Positions 1-8,976 of a stretch of 64,000 nt of DNA are shown here, in pieces. The translations under genes were made by a program, and so were the position numbers. The stretch comes from Candidatus Latescibacterota bacterium (lineage in GTDB: Bacteria > Latescibacterota > UBA2968). Each line of letters begins with the position of its first letter. Position 1 is the stretch's first letter. Where the stretch lies: NCBI GenBank assembly GCA_965207885.1, contig OZ242311.1:5408001-5472000 (forward strand), given 5' to 3'. Below the pieces are notes generated by a model that was not told where the DNA came from, made no database searches, and saw only the letters and a list, made by a program, of their open reading frames with translations.

Positions 1-216
1 TATCACTACATCGGACGCACGCGAATGGACGCCCCGGAAATCGACGGCGCCGTATTCTTCACTGGTCCTGCAAACATCGGCGACTTCGTCGAAGTCGAAA
101 TCACCGATGCAACCGAACACGACCTCATCGGACATGTCGTCAAAACCAACGCCCTATTGGAAATCGCGCCCATTAAAGCATCCGCAGATGACGCAGAAAA
201 AACGCGAGTAATTTGA
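1..216 (+). CDS. rimO: 3' end of ribosomal protein S12 methylthiotransferase RimO (TRAM domain), partial
   Basis: Frame is open from base 1: [19 protein letters not shown]...[22 protein letters not shown]-x2-DAPEIDG is typical of the RimO C-terminus. Confidence 0.8.
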   Translation, partial: YHYIGRTRMDAPEIDGAVFFTGPANIGDFVEVEITDATEHDLIGHVVKTNALLEIAPIKASADDAEKTRVI

Positions 217-290
217 GCGTTTTACGCAGATGAAAGGCAAAAGAGGGGCTGGAGGCTGGGGCTGACCGCTAATCGCTAACAGGAAAAATC

Positions 291-755
291 ATGACCATCA
301 TCGCTGCAATGGACAAAAACCGCGTCATTGGTCGGGACAACAAAATGCCCTGGCACATCTCTGAAGAATCCAGGCACTTTCGGCGCACCACAACCGGACA
401 CACCCTCCTGGTAGGGCGCAAAACATATCAATCCTGGGGTGGCAAACCCCTGCCGGATCGCCTGCATGTCATTGTAAGCCGCACCATGCCCGATACAAAA
501 GGCATAGATGTGTGCAGGTCGCTTGAAAAAGCCATTGAAAAAGCCAGATCCTATGGCCGCAAAGTATTCATCTGTGGAGGCGGCGAAATATATCGCGCCA
601 CACTATCAAAAGCTGACCGGATGATTCTATCGTACATCGACGCAGAATACGCAGGCGATGAATACTTCCCCGAATTTGACGAAAATGAATGGAACATCTC
701 AAAAAATGAGGTGTATGTTCAATTCACAGTCGTATATTATGAACGAAAAAAATAA
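291..755 (+). CDS. folA: Dihydrofolate reductase
   Basis: IIAAMDKNRVIGRDNKMPWH, GRKTYQS, PLPDR, ICGGGEIY and GDEYFPEF motifs; near thyA. Confidence 0.95.
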   Translation: MTIIAAMDKNRVIGRDNKMPWHISEESRHFRRTTTGHTLLVGRKTYQSWGGKPLPDRLHVIVSRTMPDTKGIDVCRSLEKAIEKARSYGRKVFICGGGEIYRATLSKADRMILSYIDAEYAGDEYFPEFDENEWNISKNEVYVQFTVVYYERKK

Positions 756-841
756 GGTTCAACAGTGAAGGTGTCAGTATTCTGAATGGTGTTCAGAAGA
801 CGTTTGAGCATGCGACAAGCGTATTCATCTGGAGAATTGAT

Positions 842-2086
842 ATGCTCAGCGAACGGGAAATTTTGGAAAAAATTGAATCGGGAGAAAGCTCAGGCGTTGA
901 GTTTAAAGAAGTAAAACTTGTTGGTGGACAATTCAGACCTCATCGATATGGGCTGTCCGATGAGATCGCCGCTTTTGCCAATCAGCAAGGGGGAGTCGTG
1001 ATTTTCGGCGTTTCCGATAATCGGGAAATCCGCGGTGTCAATATCAATAATGTTCCAAGACTGATTCATTTTATTACTGAAATATGCCACGACCTGATAG
1101 AACCTCCTCTCGTGGATTATTTCGTAGATAGTATCCGGGTTCCCGATAAGGCGGGGGAACAAAAAATACTGGTTTATATCAATATTACGCGGAGTTTGTG
1201 GGCACACCAGAGCAGCAACGGATTCTTTTCGCGACAAGGGGATACCAAGCGCAGAATGACGACGGAGCAATTGGGCAGATTGTTACAAGCCCGCTCACAA
1301 GCGCGTATTATCTCTTTTGACGAACAGTTTGTGCCAAACACGAATAAAGACACACTAAGGCGAGAACTCTATCAGAGATTTATCCCCAAAGGCTTCCCCG
1401 ATCAGGAAGTCGAAGATCTGCTTAAAAGGCGTTTGCTCGTGAAAGAAGGGGGAGAATATCGCGCATCGGTCGCCGGTGTGTTAATGTGCCATGACAGTCC
1501 CGATGAATACCTCTACAACAGTTTCATTCAAGCTGTTTTTTATCGAAGTGAGGAAAGGGACGCGAACTACCAGATTGATGCCAAAGATTTTAAGGGGCCC
1601 CTGGACCAACAGATCATAGACGCCTTCAAATTTGTCGAAAAATTCAATGAGGTATCAGCGCGCAAAGACATTGGCAGAATTGACCGACCACAATACAGCA
1701 TGCGAGCCGTTTTTGAAGCCCTGGTGAACGCTGTTGTACACAGAGATTACTCAAAAATCGGCTCGAAAATTCGGTTGTTCATGTTTTCAGACAGGCTCGA
1801 ACTCTATTCGCCTGGCGCGTTGGCAAACACCATAACAGTGGAAAATTTGCGTTATGCACAAGCCACCCGCAATGAATTGCTCGCCCGCTTACTCTCGGAA
1901 ATCACCTTGCATGACACGATGAGCAGACAAGTAACCCGGCGACACTTTTTGGAGCGACGAGGCGAAGGCGTAGGCATCATCTTAAACGAAAGCGAGGCAC
2001 TCAGCGGTCAAACGCCTGTTTATGAATTGTTCGACGAAGAATTGCGCTTGACGATCTTTGCCGCCAAATCGCTACAAGAAACGTAG
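842..2086 (+). CDS. AlbA_2 (Schlafen-like) plus HATPase_c_4 domain protein
   Basis: N-terminal ESSGVEFKE...IAAFANQQGGVVIFGVSD; C-terminal EALVNAVVHRDY, SPGAL, RNELLA, ERRGEG. Confidence 0.85.
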   Translation: MLSEREILEKIESGESSGVEFKEVKLVGGQFRPHRYGLSDEIAAFANQQGGVVIFGVSDNREIRGVNINNVPRLIHFITEICHDLIEPPLVDYFVDSIRVPDKAGEQKILVYINITRSLWAHQSSNGFFSRQGDTKRRMTTEQLGRLLQARSQARIISFDEQFVPNTNKDTLRRELYQRFIPKGFPDQEVEDLLKRRLLVKEGGEYRASVAGVLMCHDSPDEYLYNSFIQAVFYRSEERDANYQIDAKDFKGPLDQQIIDAFKFVEKFNEVSARKDIGRIDRPQYSMRAVFEALVNAVVHRDYSKIGSKIRLFMFSDRLELYSPGALANTITVENLRYAQATRNELLARLLSEITLHDTMSRQVTRRHFLERRGEGVGIILNESEALSGQTPVYELFDEELRLTIFAAKSLQET

Positions 2087-2191
2087 GCATTGTCATTTCG
2101 GATAAATTTAAGATCGGCAATTCCCTTCTTCCCACTATTCCAATCTCTTACTTCTCCCCCTTTATTTTTTATTTTACCACTGGGGGTATTC

Positions 2192-3031
2192 ATGCACACA
2201 TATCTCGACCAACTGCAACACGTATTGGACCACGGCGTAAAAAAGGGAGACCGCACGGGAGTGGGCACAATCTCGTGTTTTGGCCTGCATGCGCGCTATG
2301 CAATGGCAGACGGATTTCCCGCAGTAACCACCAAGCGACTGGTGTGGAAATCGATACTATCGGAACTCCTGTGGTTTATATCCGGATCCGACAACATCTA
2401 CGACTTAAAAACCTATTTGAAAAGCAATCGGCTGTGGGATGGCAATTACGAAGATTATTTGAACCGCCTGGGAATGGATAAAAACGACGGCAGCATGGGG
2501 CGTATTTACGGTGTACAGTGGCGGCGGTGGAAAGGCGCCAATGGGAAAGTGGTCGATCAGCTTCAAAATGCGATTAATCTAATCCGAGAAAACCCCGAAT
2601 CCCGGCGCATCATGGTCAATGCCTGGAATGCAGCGGAAATAGGCACTCGGGACGTGGCCCTGCCCCCGTGTCACAACTTCTTCCAATTTTACGTCGCAGA
2701 AGGCAAACTATCCCTACAAATGTATCAACGATCGTGCGACATGTTCTTAGGCGTACCACTCAACATCGCGTCCTATTCCGTATTATTGCACATGGTCGCA
2801 AAAATCACGAACCTCATACCCCATGAATTTATCCACATCCTGGGCGACGTGCACATCTACTTAAACCACCTCGACGCAGTAAAAGAACAACTATCTCGCA
2901 AACCATATCCCCTGCCCAAATTGCGGATTGAAGACCGCGGACAAACCGAAATCGGCGATTTTGAAATGGACGACTTTGAACTCATCAATTACCAGCACCA
3001 CGACACCATCCGCGCGGAAATGGCGGTTTAA
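2192..3031 (+). CDS. thyA: Thymidylate synthase
   Basis: DRTGVGT, ELLWF, YGVQWR, ALPPCH, YQRSCD, GVPLNIASY. Start placed at ATG 2192 (MHTYLDQL). Confidence 0.96.
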   Translation: MHTYLDQLQHVLDHGVKKGDRTGVGTISCFGLHARYAMADGFPAVTTKRLVWKSILSELLWFISGSDNIYDLKTYLKSNRLWDGNYEDYLNRLGMDKNDGSMGRIYGVQWRRWKGANGKVVDQLQNAINLIRENPESRRIMVNAWNAAEIGTRDVALPPCHNFFQFYVAEGKLSLQMYQRSCDMFLGVPLNIASYSVLLHMVAKITNLIPHEFIHILGDVHIYLNHLDAVKEQLSRKPYPLPKLRIEDRGQTEIGDFEMDDFELINYQHHDTIRAEMAV

Positions 3032-3043
3032 GACGGCCACCCA

Positions 3044-3181
3044 TTATTCCCTTTTATCGCGTATTGCGCGAATCATCTGCCACAAGATATATCCAATGCC
3101 GACCAGGATAAAAACGGACGTGAGAACCAGAAAAATCTGGAAGCCTAAAGGCAGGTTTTCAAATGGAATGATCGGATACAT
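3044..3181 (-). CDS. Small single-pass membrane protein, 45 aa (not in the ORF track)
   Basis: Manual translation MYPIIPFENLPLGFQIFLVLTSVFILVGIGYILWQMIRAIRDKRE*: one hydrophobic helix and a basic tail; fills the gap after thyA. Confidence 0.6.
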   Translation of the reverse strand: MYPIIPFENLPLGFQIFLVLTSVFILVGIGYILWQMIRAIRDKRE

Positions 3182-3232
3182 GATGGGTAAACCAGTTATT
3201 ATCACTTTTGCCGAGCGTCATCTGAACAGGAC

Positions 3233-3955
3233 GTGAATATCGTGAAAACGTTACTCTTAATCTGTGCCGAAAGCGAAATGCAGATATCTCGCCAATTTAT
3301 CAACGCGGCAATTGACGCCAAAATTGCCGATCAGGTAGTAGCCACTTCATTTGATAAATTGGAAGAAAGCGTACATACCGGTGAAGGAATCGAACAAATC
3401 CTCGTCTTCCCCGCACTGATCGCCCTGCCCGATGCAATGCGCGAAAACCTGTTACAACGCATCGCATCTCTCCAAAACGAAAACCCACAAATACGCATCC
3501 TCCTCACCAACCCATTGGGCGGTGACCCCCGCTTATTCGACATGATCCAGGACCGCATGGCAGCCGCGCTGAAAAGCACGCAAAACACACCCATATTAAC
3601 AATAGAAACATCGGATACGTCTCGAACCCTCGACTTTGAAAATTTCGCCACACTACCAGATCAGGTCGCAGACATAAGTAAACTCATCCCCGACCGCCAG
3701 GGACAGGGCGTTTGGGTACGCGAAGTATTGGACCACACACCCAATGCCGACGCAATTTTTTACGCAGACGCCGACCGTTTCTCAGCCACCGTCGATCTTG
3801 CCCTCGTTCGAGAGCAAGGATTGTTAATCTACGGACTGGAAGGACAACCCCTCCCCGCCAGCTATGGCGGCCCCCTGCGACTGATCATACCCGGACACGA
3901 CGACCGCTGTGCAAATGTCAAGGGCGTAGCGCGGGTCGAAATCGTTTTAAAATAG
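3233..3955 (+). CDS. Degenerate CbiX/SirB-like chelatase domain fused to a molybdopterin-oxidoreductase-like domain
   Basis: N-half ILVFPALI...PQIRILLTNPLGGDPRLFDMIQDR is CbiX-like; C-half LLIYGLEGQPLPASYGGPLRLIIPG...NVKGVARVEI is Oxidored_molyb-like. Confidence 0.65.
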   Translation: MNIVKTLLLICAESEMQISRQFINAAIDAKIADQVVATSFDKLEESVHTGEGIEQILVFPALIALPDAMRENLLQRIASLQNENPQIRILLTNPLGGDPRLFDMIQDRMAAALKSTQNTPILTIETSDTSRTLDFENFATLPDQVADISKLIPDRQGQGVWVREVLDHTPNADAIFYADADRFSATVDLALVREQGLLIYGLEGQPLPASYGGPLRLIIPGHDDRCANVKGVARVEIVLK

Positions 3956-4047
3956 AAGAGTATGTACAAAAAGTTAAACCAAAAAACTTCAACATCTAAA
4001 AGGCATAATCAAATTTTGGCGTTGCAGTCAAAAAATGGAGGTTTAAG

Positions 4048-4818
4048 ATGCTGAAAAACTGCGTTCTACTTATGATGACAGTCATAACATTGGGACAAGC
4101 AGACGCAGGAGTACTGCCAGAAACCCCCAAGCCTCAAGGCGGCGACATCGTCGGCTCCTGGGTAGCTGAGAAGATCGCGCTAAACGCTTATGTCCCCGCC
4201 GGGCTTGTACAGGCTGTATCACCTCTTACAGTTGAAGGCGAGATCAACGGCACAATAACTTTTGGGGCAGACGGTAGTGTTCAATCTGACTACAGAACAG
4301 CGACCAATATCTCTGCGGTATTATTGGTTCCACTCTCGGTCACTGTCCTCGATACGAGCCAATACACAGGTAATTACACGATTGCGTCCGATACCCATGC
4401 ACTCACCATAATGCGCGAAAATGAAGACCCACTCAATTATACGTACACGGCTACGGCGGATTCACTGCATATTATACGCCCACTTCTTTTAGAAGAATTA
4501 TTGGCATCAATACCCGAATCTGTAAGAGGCCTGGCACTAAACGCCCTCTCCCAGTACGTACCGCCAGATGATCCCATTAAGATAGTGATCACTTTTTCGA
4601 AAGCGATAGATACGGGAACGCCGAGTATGCTAACTGGTGACTTTGATGGCGATGGACAGGTCGGGATCACAGACTTTTTGCTTTTTGTTGAAGTATTTGG
4701 AACCCAGAGCGGACAGGAGAACTTCGATCCAAAATTTGATCTCGACAGCGATGGAACCGTTGGCATTACCGACTTCCTCATCTTCGTGGAATCTTTTGGC
4801 AAAACGGTCAATGGATAG
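4048..4818 (+). CDS. Secreted protein with lipocalin-like N-domain and C-terminal EF-hand/dockerin-like domain
   Basis: Signal peptide; DIVGSW; C-terminal GDFDGDGQVGITDFLLF...FDLDSDGTVGITDFLIF. Confidence 0.8.
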   Translation: MLKNCVLLMMTVITLGQADAGVLPETPKPQGGDIVGSWVAEKIALNAYVPAGLVQAVSPLTVEGEINGTITFGADGSVQSDYRTATNISAVLLVPLSVTVLDTSQYTGNYTIASDTHALTIMRENEDPLNYTYTATADSLHIIRPLLLEELLASIPESVRGLALNALSQYVPPDDPIKIVITFSKAIDTGTPSMLTGDFDGDGQVGITDFLLFVEVFGTQSGQENFDPKFDLDSDGTVGITDFLIFVESFGKTVNG

Positions 4819-4872
4819 CTGTCAGTTGCTCAACACCAACGCCGGTCACACGCATCAAAGGAGAAACACACC

Positions 4873-5763
4873 ATGTCATTGCCACAAGAGCAAATTGACC
4901 AGTATCGCGATCGGGGATTCACGATTGCGGAAAATGTATTAGATGACTCTGCCTTTGAACCGATTGAACACACTTATGACGTATTGATCAATCACAAGGC
5001 GCAAGAACTATTGGAAGAAGGGTCGATCTCATCCGTACATGCAGACAAATCCTTTAGCCATCGCTTAGCCGCGATTGCACGGGAATTAGACGATGAGGGA
5101 TATGACGCACTGCGCAGTTTTGCGGGTGGATTCGACATCATGCGCGCGCGTGTGAAACCAATGTTCGACATCTTCTTCAACGAACAATTATTATCCGCAG
5201 TCGAAAGCCTCATAGGACCAGAAATAACCCTGAGCCCCATTCAGCATTTCCGCCCCTACCTGCCTGCGCGAGAAACACAACCCGGACAGGTACCCTGGCA
5301 TCAGGACCAGGGCGTAACAAAAGAAGAAGCGGACATCTCGGAAATCATAACCTGCTGGATACCACTCGTAGATGTCACACCAGAACGCGGGTGCTTACAG
5401 GTACTGCCCGGCGTGGTACCCATGGGACTGCTCGAACACCAGCGCGAAGGCGGCACCATGATCAAACCCATGTACATGCCGGAAATCGAACCCGTAAACT
5501 GCATCATGAAACGCGGCGACGTACTCATGATGAGTGCGTACACCCCGCACAGAGGCCAGCCAAATCGCTCCAATCTGGTGCGCTGGAGCATGGACCTGCG
5601 ATTTCAAAAAACGGGCACACCTACAGGACGTCCATTCTGGCCTGAATTTATTGTCCAGAGCAAAGAAAATCCCGCATCTGTACAAAACAGCTTTGACGAA
5701 TGGTGTACGCGGTGGATAACAGACCTGCGCGAGAGCAAAGGGACCCATCTACATCGGGTATAA
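4873..5763 (+). CDS. Phytanoyl-CoA dioxygenase (PhyH) family 2OG-Fe(II) oxygenase
   Basis: PWHQD, WIPLVDVTPERGCLQVLPG, TPHRG, RWSMDLRF. Confidence 0.9.
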   Translation: MSLPQEQIDQYRDRGFTIAENVLDDSAFEPIEHTYDVLINHKAQELLEEGSISSVHADKSFSHRLAAIARELDDEGYDALRSFAGGFDIMRARVKPMFDIFFNEQLLSAVESLIGPEITLSPIQHFRPYLPARETQPGQVPWHQDQGVTKEEADISEIITCWIPLVDVTPERGCLQVLPGVVPMGLLEHQREGGTMIKPMYMPEIEPVNCIMKRGDVLMMSAYTPHRGQPNRSNLVRWSMDLRFQKTGTPTGRPFWPEFIVQSKENPASVQNSFDEWCTRWITDLRESKGTHLHRV

Positions 5764-5772
5764 CGTCCCACA

Positions 5773-6576
5773 TCATTCAAACGGGATATCATCCGCATTA
5801 AAAACCTGCGTGCGTTTCATCATGCGGCGTTCCGATGGTGGAAAGGGTTCGCGGCGATGCATTGTGGGACGGTTGTCCCACATCACCAGATCGCCGATCT
5901 GCCAGACATGGGTCCACAAAAATTCGGGACGGGCGGCGTGCTCAAAAAGCGTCTTGAGAAGCGCGTCGCTTTCATCGACGGGCATATCGAGAATATATTT
6001 GGTCAGATGGGGACCCGCATAAAGCGACTTGCGTCCGGTTTCTGGATGGGTGCGCACGACCGGATGGTCAACGCGTTCGGGTGGGTTTTGTTCCTCAACA
6101 TAATGGCGATGTACGGCTCGCAATCCCGTGAGCCGTTTTTTCATATCTTCATCTAAAGCCTCATACGCGGCATAACAATTGCACCACTGGGTATTGCCCC
6201 CTGCACTGGGAATCTCAAGCGCATAAAGAACGGAAATCGTACCCGGTCGCTTGAGATACGACAAATCGGAGTGAAAGCTAACCTCTCCATCGCCCAGAGC
6301 ACCGATGGGCTGGCCGTTCTCCTCGATATTGGAAACAATAAAAATCTCTTTGTTTTCCCGATCCAGTTGTTTGCGAACGTGTTCTACCGCGCGACCAAAA
6401 TAATTGGTAAAGCGAATCTGATCTTCCTCACTCAAATCCTGATCGCGAAAATATACCACACAGTAATCGAGCAATGCCTGGCGAATCGCCCGGACGGTAT
6501 CATCATCGAGTGCCTGCGAAATATTAAGCCCCCGAATTTCAGCGCCGAGTGCGCCGCCAGAAGGTATGACTTGCAT
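5773..6576 (-). CDS. TauD/TfdA family dioxygenase
   Basis: LGAEIRG, FHSDLSY, HPVVRTHPETGRK, WDNRPTMHR. Start MQVIPSGG at 6576. Confidence 0.92.
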   Translation of the reverse strand: MQVIPSGGALGAEIRGLNISQALDDDTVRAIRQALLDYCVVYFRDQDLSEEDQIRFTNYFGRAVEHVRKQLDRENKEIFIVSNIEENGQPIGALGDGEVSFHSDLSYLKRPGTISVLYALEIPSAGGNTQWCNCYAAYEALDEDMKKRLTGLRAVHRHYVEEQNPPERVDHPVVRTHPETGRKSLYAGPHLTKYILDMPVDESDALLKTLFEHAARPEFLWTHVWQIGDLVMWDNRPTMHRREPFPPSERRMMKRTQVFNADDIPFE

Positions 6577-6589
6577 AGTTCGTACCACC

Positions 6590-7423
6590 TCATCTATCCG
6601 GCCATTTATACGCGACCTTTGCATTCTTCCAAAAATACTTCTCCAGCACCGCGTCACCCTTTTGAGAAAAATACTCATACACAAGGCGTTGCGCCTCGGC
6701 AGGGGTGCGCTTGCTGCGTTCGAGAACCGGCCAATCACTGCCGTAAATCACGCGATCTTCACCAAAAAGCTGCCAGAGCGCGTCGAGCAAATAGACATAA
6801 AAATCGGGATCTGTGGGCGCCGGAATGACCTGACAGCGCAAATCCATCAGGCCCGACACCTTGCAAAAAATATTGGGCTGTTCCGCGGCTTTTTGCATAA
6901 GCTCCAAACGCTCGGGCGCGATGGGATTCCCATCTGCCGGAATATTGCCGCAGTGATTGATTACAATGCGAAGATCGGGCAAACGACGCGCGATTTCGAT
7001 AACCGCTTCATTGATCCCCGAATCGAGTTCGAGATCGTGTTCGACGAGCTTTTCAAGAGCACCCGCCATCTCGCCCAAATCCTCTCGCTCCCAGGGATGG
7101 GTGCGCGGACGAATACCCAAAAACAGCGGATTGGGAGATAGGCGATTGAGATGATCGCCAAAATCCTCAGCGCGCGGATCGAGATTGCCAACCAGCCCCA
7201 CGATAAACGGATCATCCTCAATCACATCGAGCACCCATTGGTTATCTTCAACCCATGTACTCGCCTCGACAATAATAGCTCCCGTAACACCTTCAGACGC
7301 GACCAGCGCTCTGTAGTCTTCGGGCATAACCCGGCGATAAATCTCGTCATCCGGCTCGGGAAAAGGCACACCCTCTGGGCGAGTGGGGTCGTAAATATGG
7401 ATATGCGTATCAATAATCATCAA
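6590..7423 (-). CDS. Amidohydrolase (Amidohydro_2, sugar-lactonase-like)
   Basis: IIDTHIH, INHCG, CKVSG, FGEDRVIYGSDWPV. Confidence 0.88.
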   Translation of the reverse strand: MMIIDTHIHIYDPTRPEGVPFPEPDDEIYRRVMPEDYRALVASEGVTGAIIVEASTWVEDNQWVLDVIEDDPFIVGLVGNLDPRAEDFGDHLNRLSPNPLFLGIRPRTHPWEREDLGEMAGALEKLVEHDLELDSGINEAVIEIARRLPDLRIVINHCGNIPADGNPIAPERLELMQKAAEQPNIFCKVSGLMDLRCQVIPAPTDPDFYVYLLDALWQLFGEDRVIYGSDWPVLERSKRTPAEAQRLVYEYFSQKGDAVLEKYFWKNAKVAYKWPDR

Positions 7424-7431
7424 TGACTCCT

Positions 7432-8334
7432 CTATAATGCAACTTCTTCTATGTCCATATGCTCGCGCAATCGCCCAAGCGCGCGGTCTTTGAGCTGTCG
7501 CACGCGCTCGCGGCTAATGTGAAAACGCTTGCCCACTTGCTCGAGCGATTCCGCGTCATCAACATCCAGACCAAAATAGCGGTTGATAATCTCGGCTTCG
7601 CGCTCGGGCAAATCGGCCAGGCCCTTGTGCAAAAGATCGCGCAATCGGCTGGCATGCACATCCTCATCTGGCAGGGGTGCATCATCGGGAACAACATCGG
7701 CAAACCGGCGGTCGCCATCTTCATATACCGGGCTGTCGAGCGAAACAGATGCCAGGCTCGTTTGAAGTGCCTTATGCACCCGTCGAGGTGAAAAATCGGT
7801 TTCTGAAGCCAACTCGTCAATCGTGGGAACGCGACCGGATGCTTGTGAGAGTGCGGCAGACACTTTATTGAGCACATCGCGATCATCTATTTGATTGACC
7901 GGAAACGCGACCGGATGTGTCTGGCGATTGAGCGCAGAGAGAATCGCCTGGCGAATCCACCACACCGCATAAGTGATAAATTTGTACCCGCGTTCAGGAT
8001 CATAAGTTTGGGTAGCGCGTATAAGGCCCATATTGCCTTCGGCAATGAGATCGGAAAGGGGCAAACCGCGCCCCGTGTATTCGCCAGCCACGCGCACAAC
8101 AAAGCGCAAATTGGCTGTAATGAGATGATCCAGCGCCTTTTGATCGCCCTTGCGCGCGGCATTTATGGCTTTGACTTCGTCTTCGCGGGAAAGAGGGGTG
8201 TATTTGCGAATATCGCGCAAATAAAGATCTGTAAGCTGGCCCTGAGCCTGCGAAGAAGAATCGCTCCCAGATAGGGCCTGTCCCGTAGTGTTTTTATACG
8301 GGAATTCTGCTGATTTTTTTAATTCTTTTTTCAT
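7432..8334 (-). CDS. Sigma-70 factor, RpoD/RpoS-like, lacking region 1.1
   Basis: LYLRDIRKY (1.2), DLIAEGNMGL...YKFITYAVWWIRQAI (2), SRERVRQL (4.2). ATG overlaps the merR stop (ATGA). Confidence 0.92.
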   Translation of the reverse strand: MKKELKKSAEFPYKNTTGQALSGSDSSSQAQGQLTDLYLRDIRKYTPLSREDEVKAINAARKGDQKALDHLITANLRFVVRVAGEYTGRGLPLSDLIAEGNMGLIRATQTYDPERGYKFITYAVWWIRQAILSALNRQTHPVAFPVNQIDDRDVLNKVSAALSQASGRVPTIDELASETDFSPRRVHKALQTSLASVSLDSPVYEDGDRRFADVVPDDAPLPDEDVHASRLRDLLHKGLADLPEREAEIINRYFGLDVDDAESLEQVGKRFHISRERVRQLKDRALGRLREHMDIEEVAL

Positions 8335-8837
8335 AGCTTTAATTCCAGTGTCTCGGCAGTTGGTGTAGAATGAAAAAATGGTACGGACTGACACGTCGGT
8401 TGGTTGAGCGTTTGACACGCTGGACAGAGACGCTCTTCAACTCTGAGATCACAGGGCAAACACGCGCAGATACTGGCTATGGTTTGGGTCAGCGTTTTGC
8501 GTATATGCTTGTAGTGCTCAATCTGTTCCTCAACTTCTTTAAGGCGTGCATTGAGATCTTCGAGAATATCATGCGCGAGTTCGCCTGCAGTTTTATTTTG
8601 TTCTCGTTTGTCAATAATGACCTTGATATGTTCGAGATCAAATTCCATCTCTTTAAGACTCAAAATCATGCGCAACCGCGTCAGTTGCTCGTGGGAATAA
8701 CATCGAAAACCGCCACTACTTCGACATTCGGGATATATCAGACCCATCTCTTCGTAATAGCGCACTGTGCGCGTAGTCGTACCGGCTTCTTTTGCCAATT
8801 TCCCAATATGCATCAAACCATCATCGCATTTTGACAC
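8331..8837 (-). CDS. MerR-family regulator with Cys-rich C-terminus
   Basis: IGKLAKEAGTTTRTVRYYEEMGLI HTH; C-terminal CACLPC-x8-CPAC-x7-C. Confidence 0.92.
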   Translation of the reverse strand: MSKCDDGLMHIGKLAKEAGTTTRTVRYYEEMGLIYPECRSSGGFRCYSHEQLTRLRMILSLKEMEFDLEHIKVIIDKREQNKTAGELAHDILEDLNARLKEVEEQIEHYKHIRKTLTQTIASICACLPCDLRVEERLCPACQTLNQPTCQSVPFFHSTPTAETLELKL

Positions 8838-8872
8838 GACAAATCACCTCGTTTCTATAAGCAAAACAGACA

Positions 8873-8961
8873 AACTTTGACGTAACGTTAAAGTTGGGCG
8901 AAAAAATATACCTCAACAAAACATCAATGTCAACAAAAAACTTTGACGTCACGTTAAGGTT
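8873..8961 (-). promoter_or_regulatory. Sigma-70 promoter flanked by two dyad operators upstream of merR-sigma
   Basis: Minus strand TTGACA (8933-8928), 17 nt, TATATT (8910-8905). Dyads AACTTTGACGTAACGTTAAAGTT (8873-8895) and AACTTTGACGTCACGTTAAGGTT (8939-8961). Confidence 0.8.
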
Positions 8962-8976
8962 TGGCAATCAGCAGTC

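Noticed and set aside
180-282. Short repeats (CGCAGATGA twice; GGGGCTGGAGGCTGGGGCTGACCGCTAATCGCTAA) after rimO
   Set aside because: Too short and irregular to define an element or CRISPR array from this window alone.
2090-2191. N-terminal extensions in the ORF track (thyA, TauD, sigma, receptors, cbiB, cbiM, fur, FG-GAP)
   Set aside because: Downstream starts fit RBS position, gene overlaps and family N-termini better, for example CbiM beginning Met-His.
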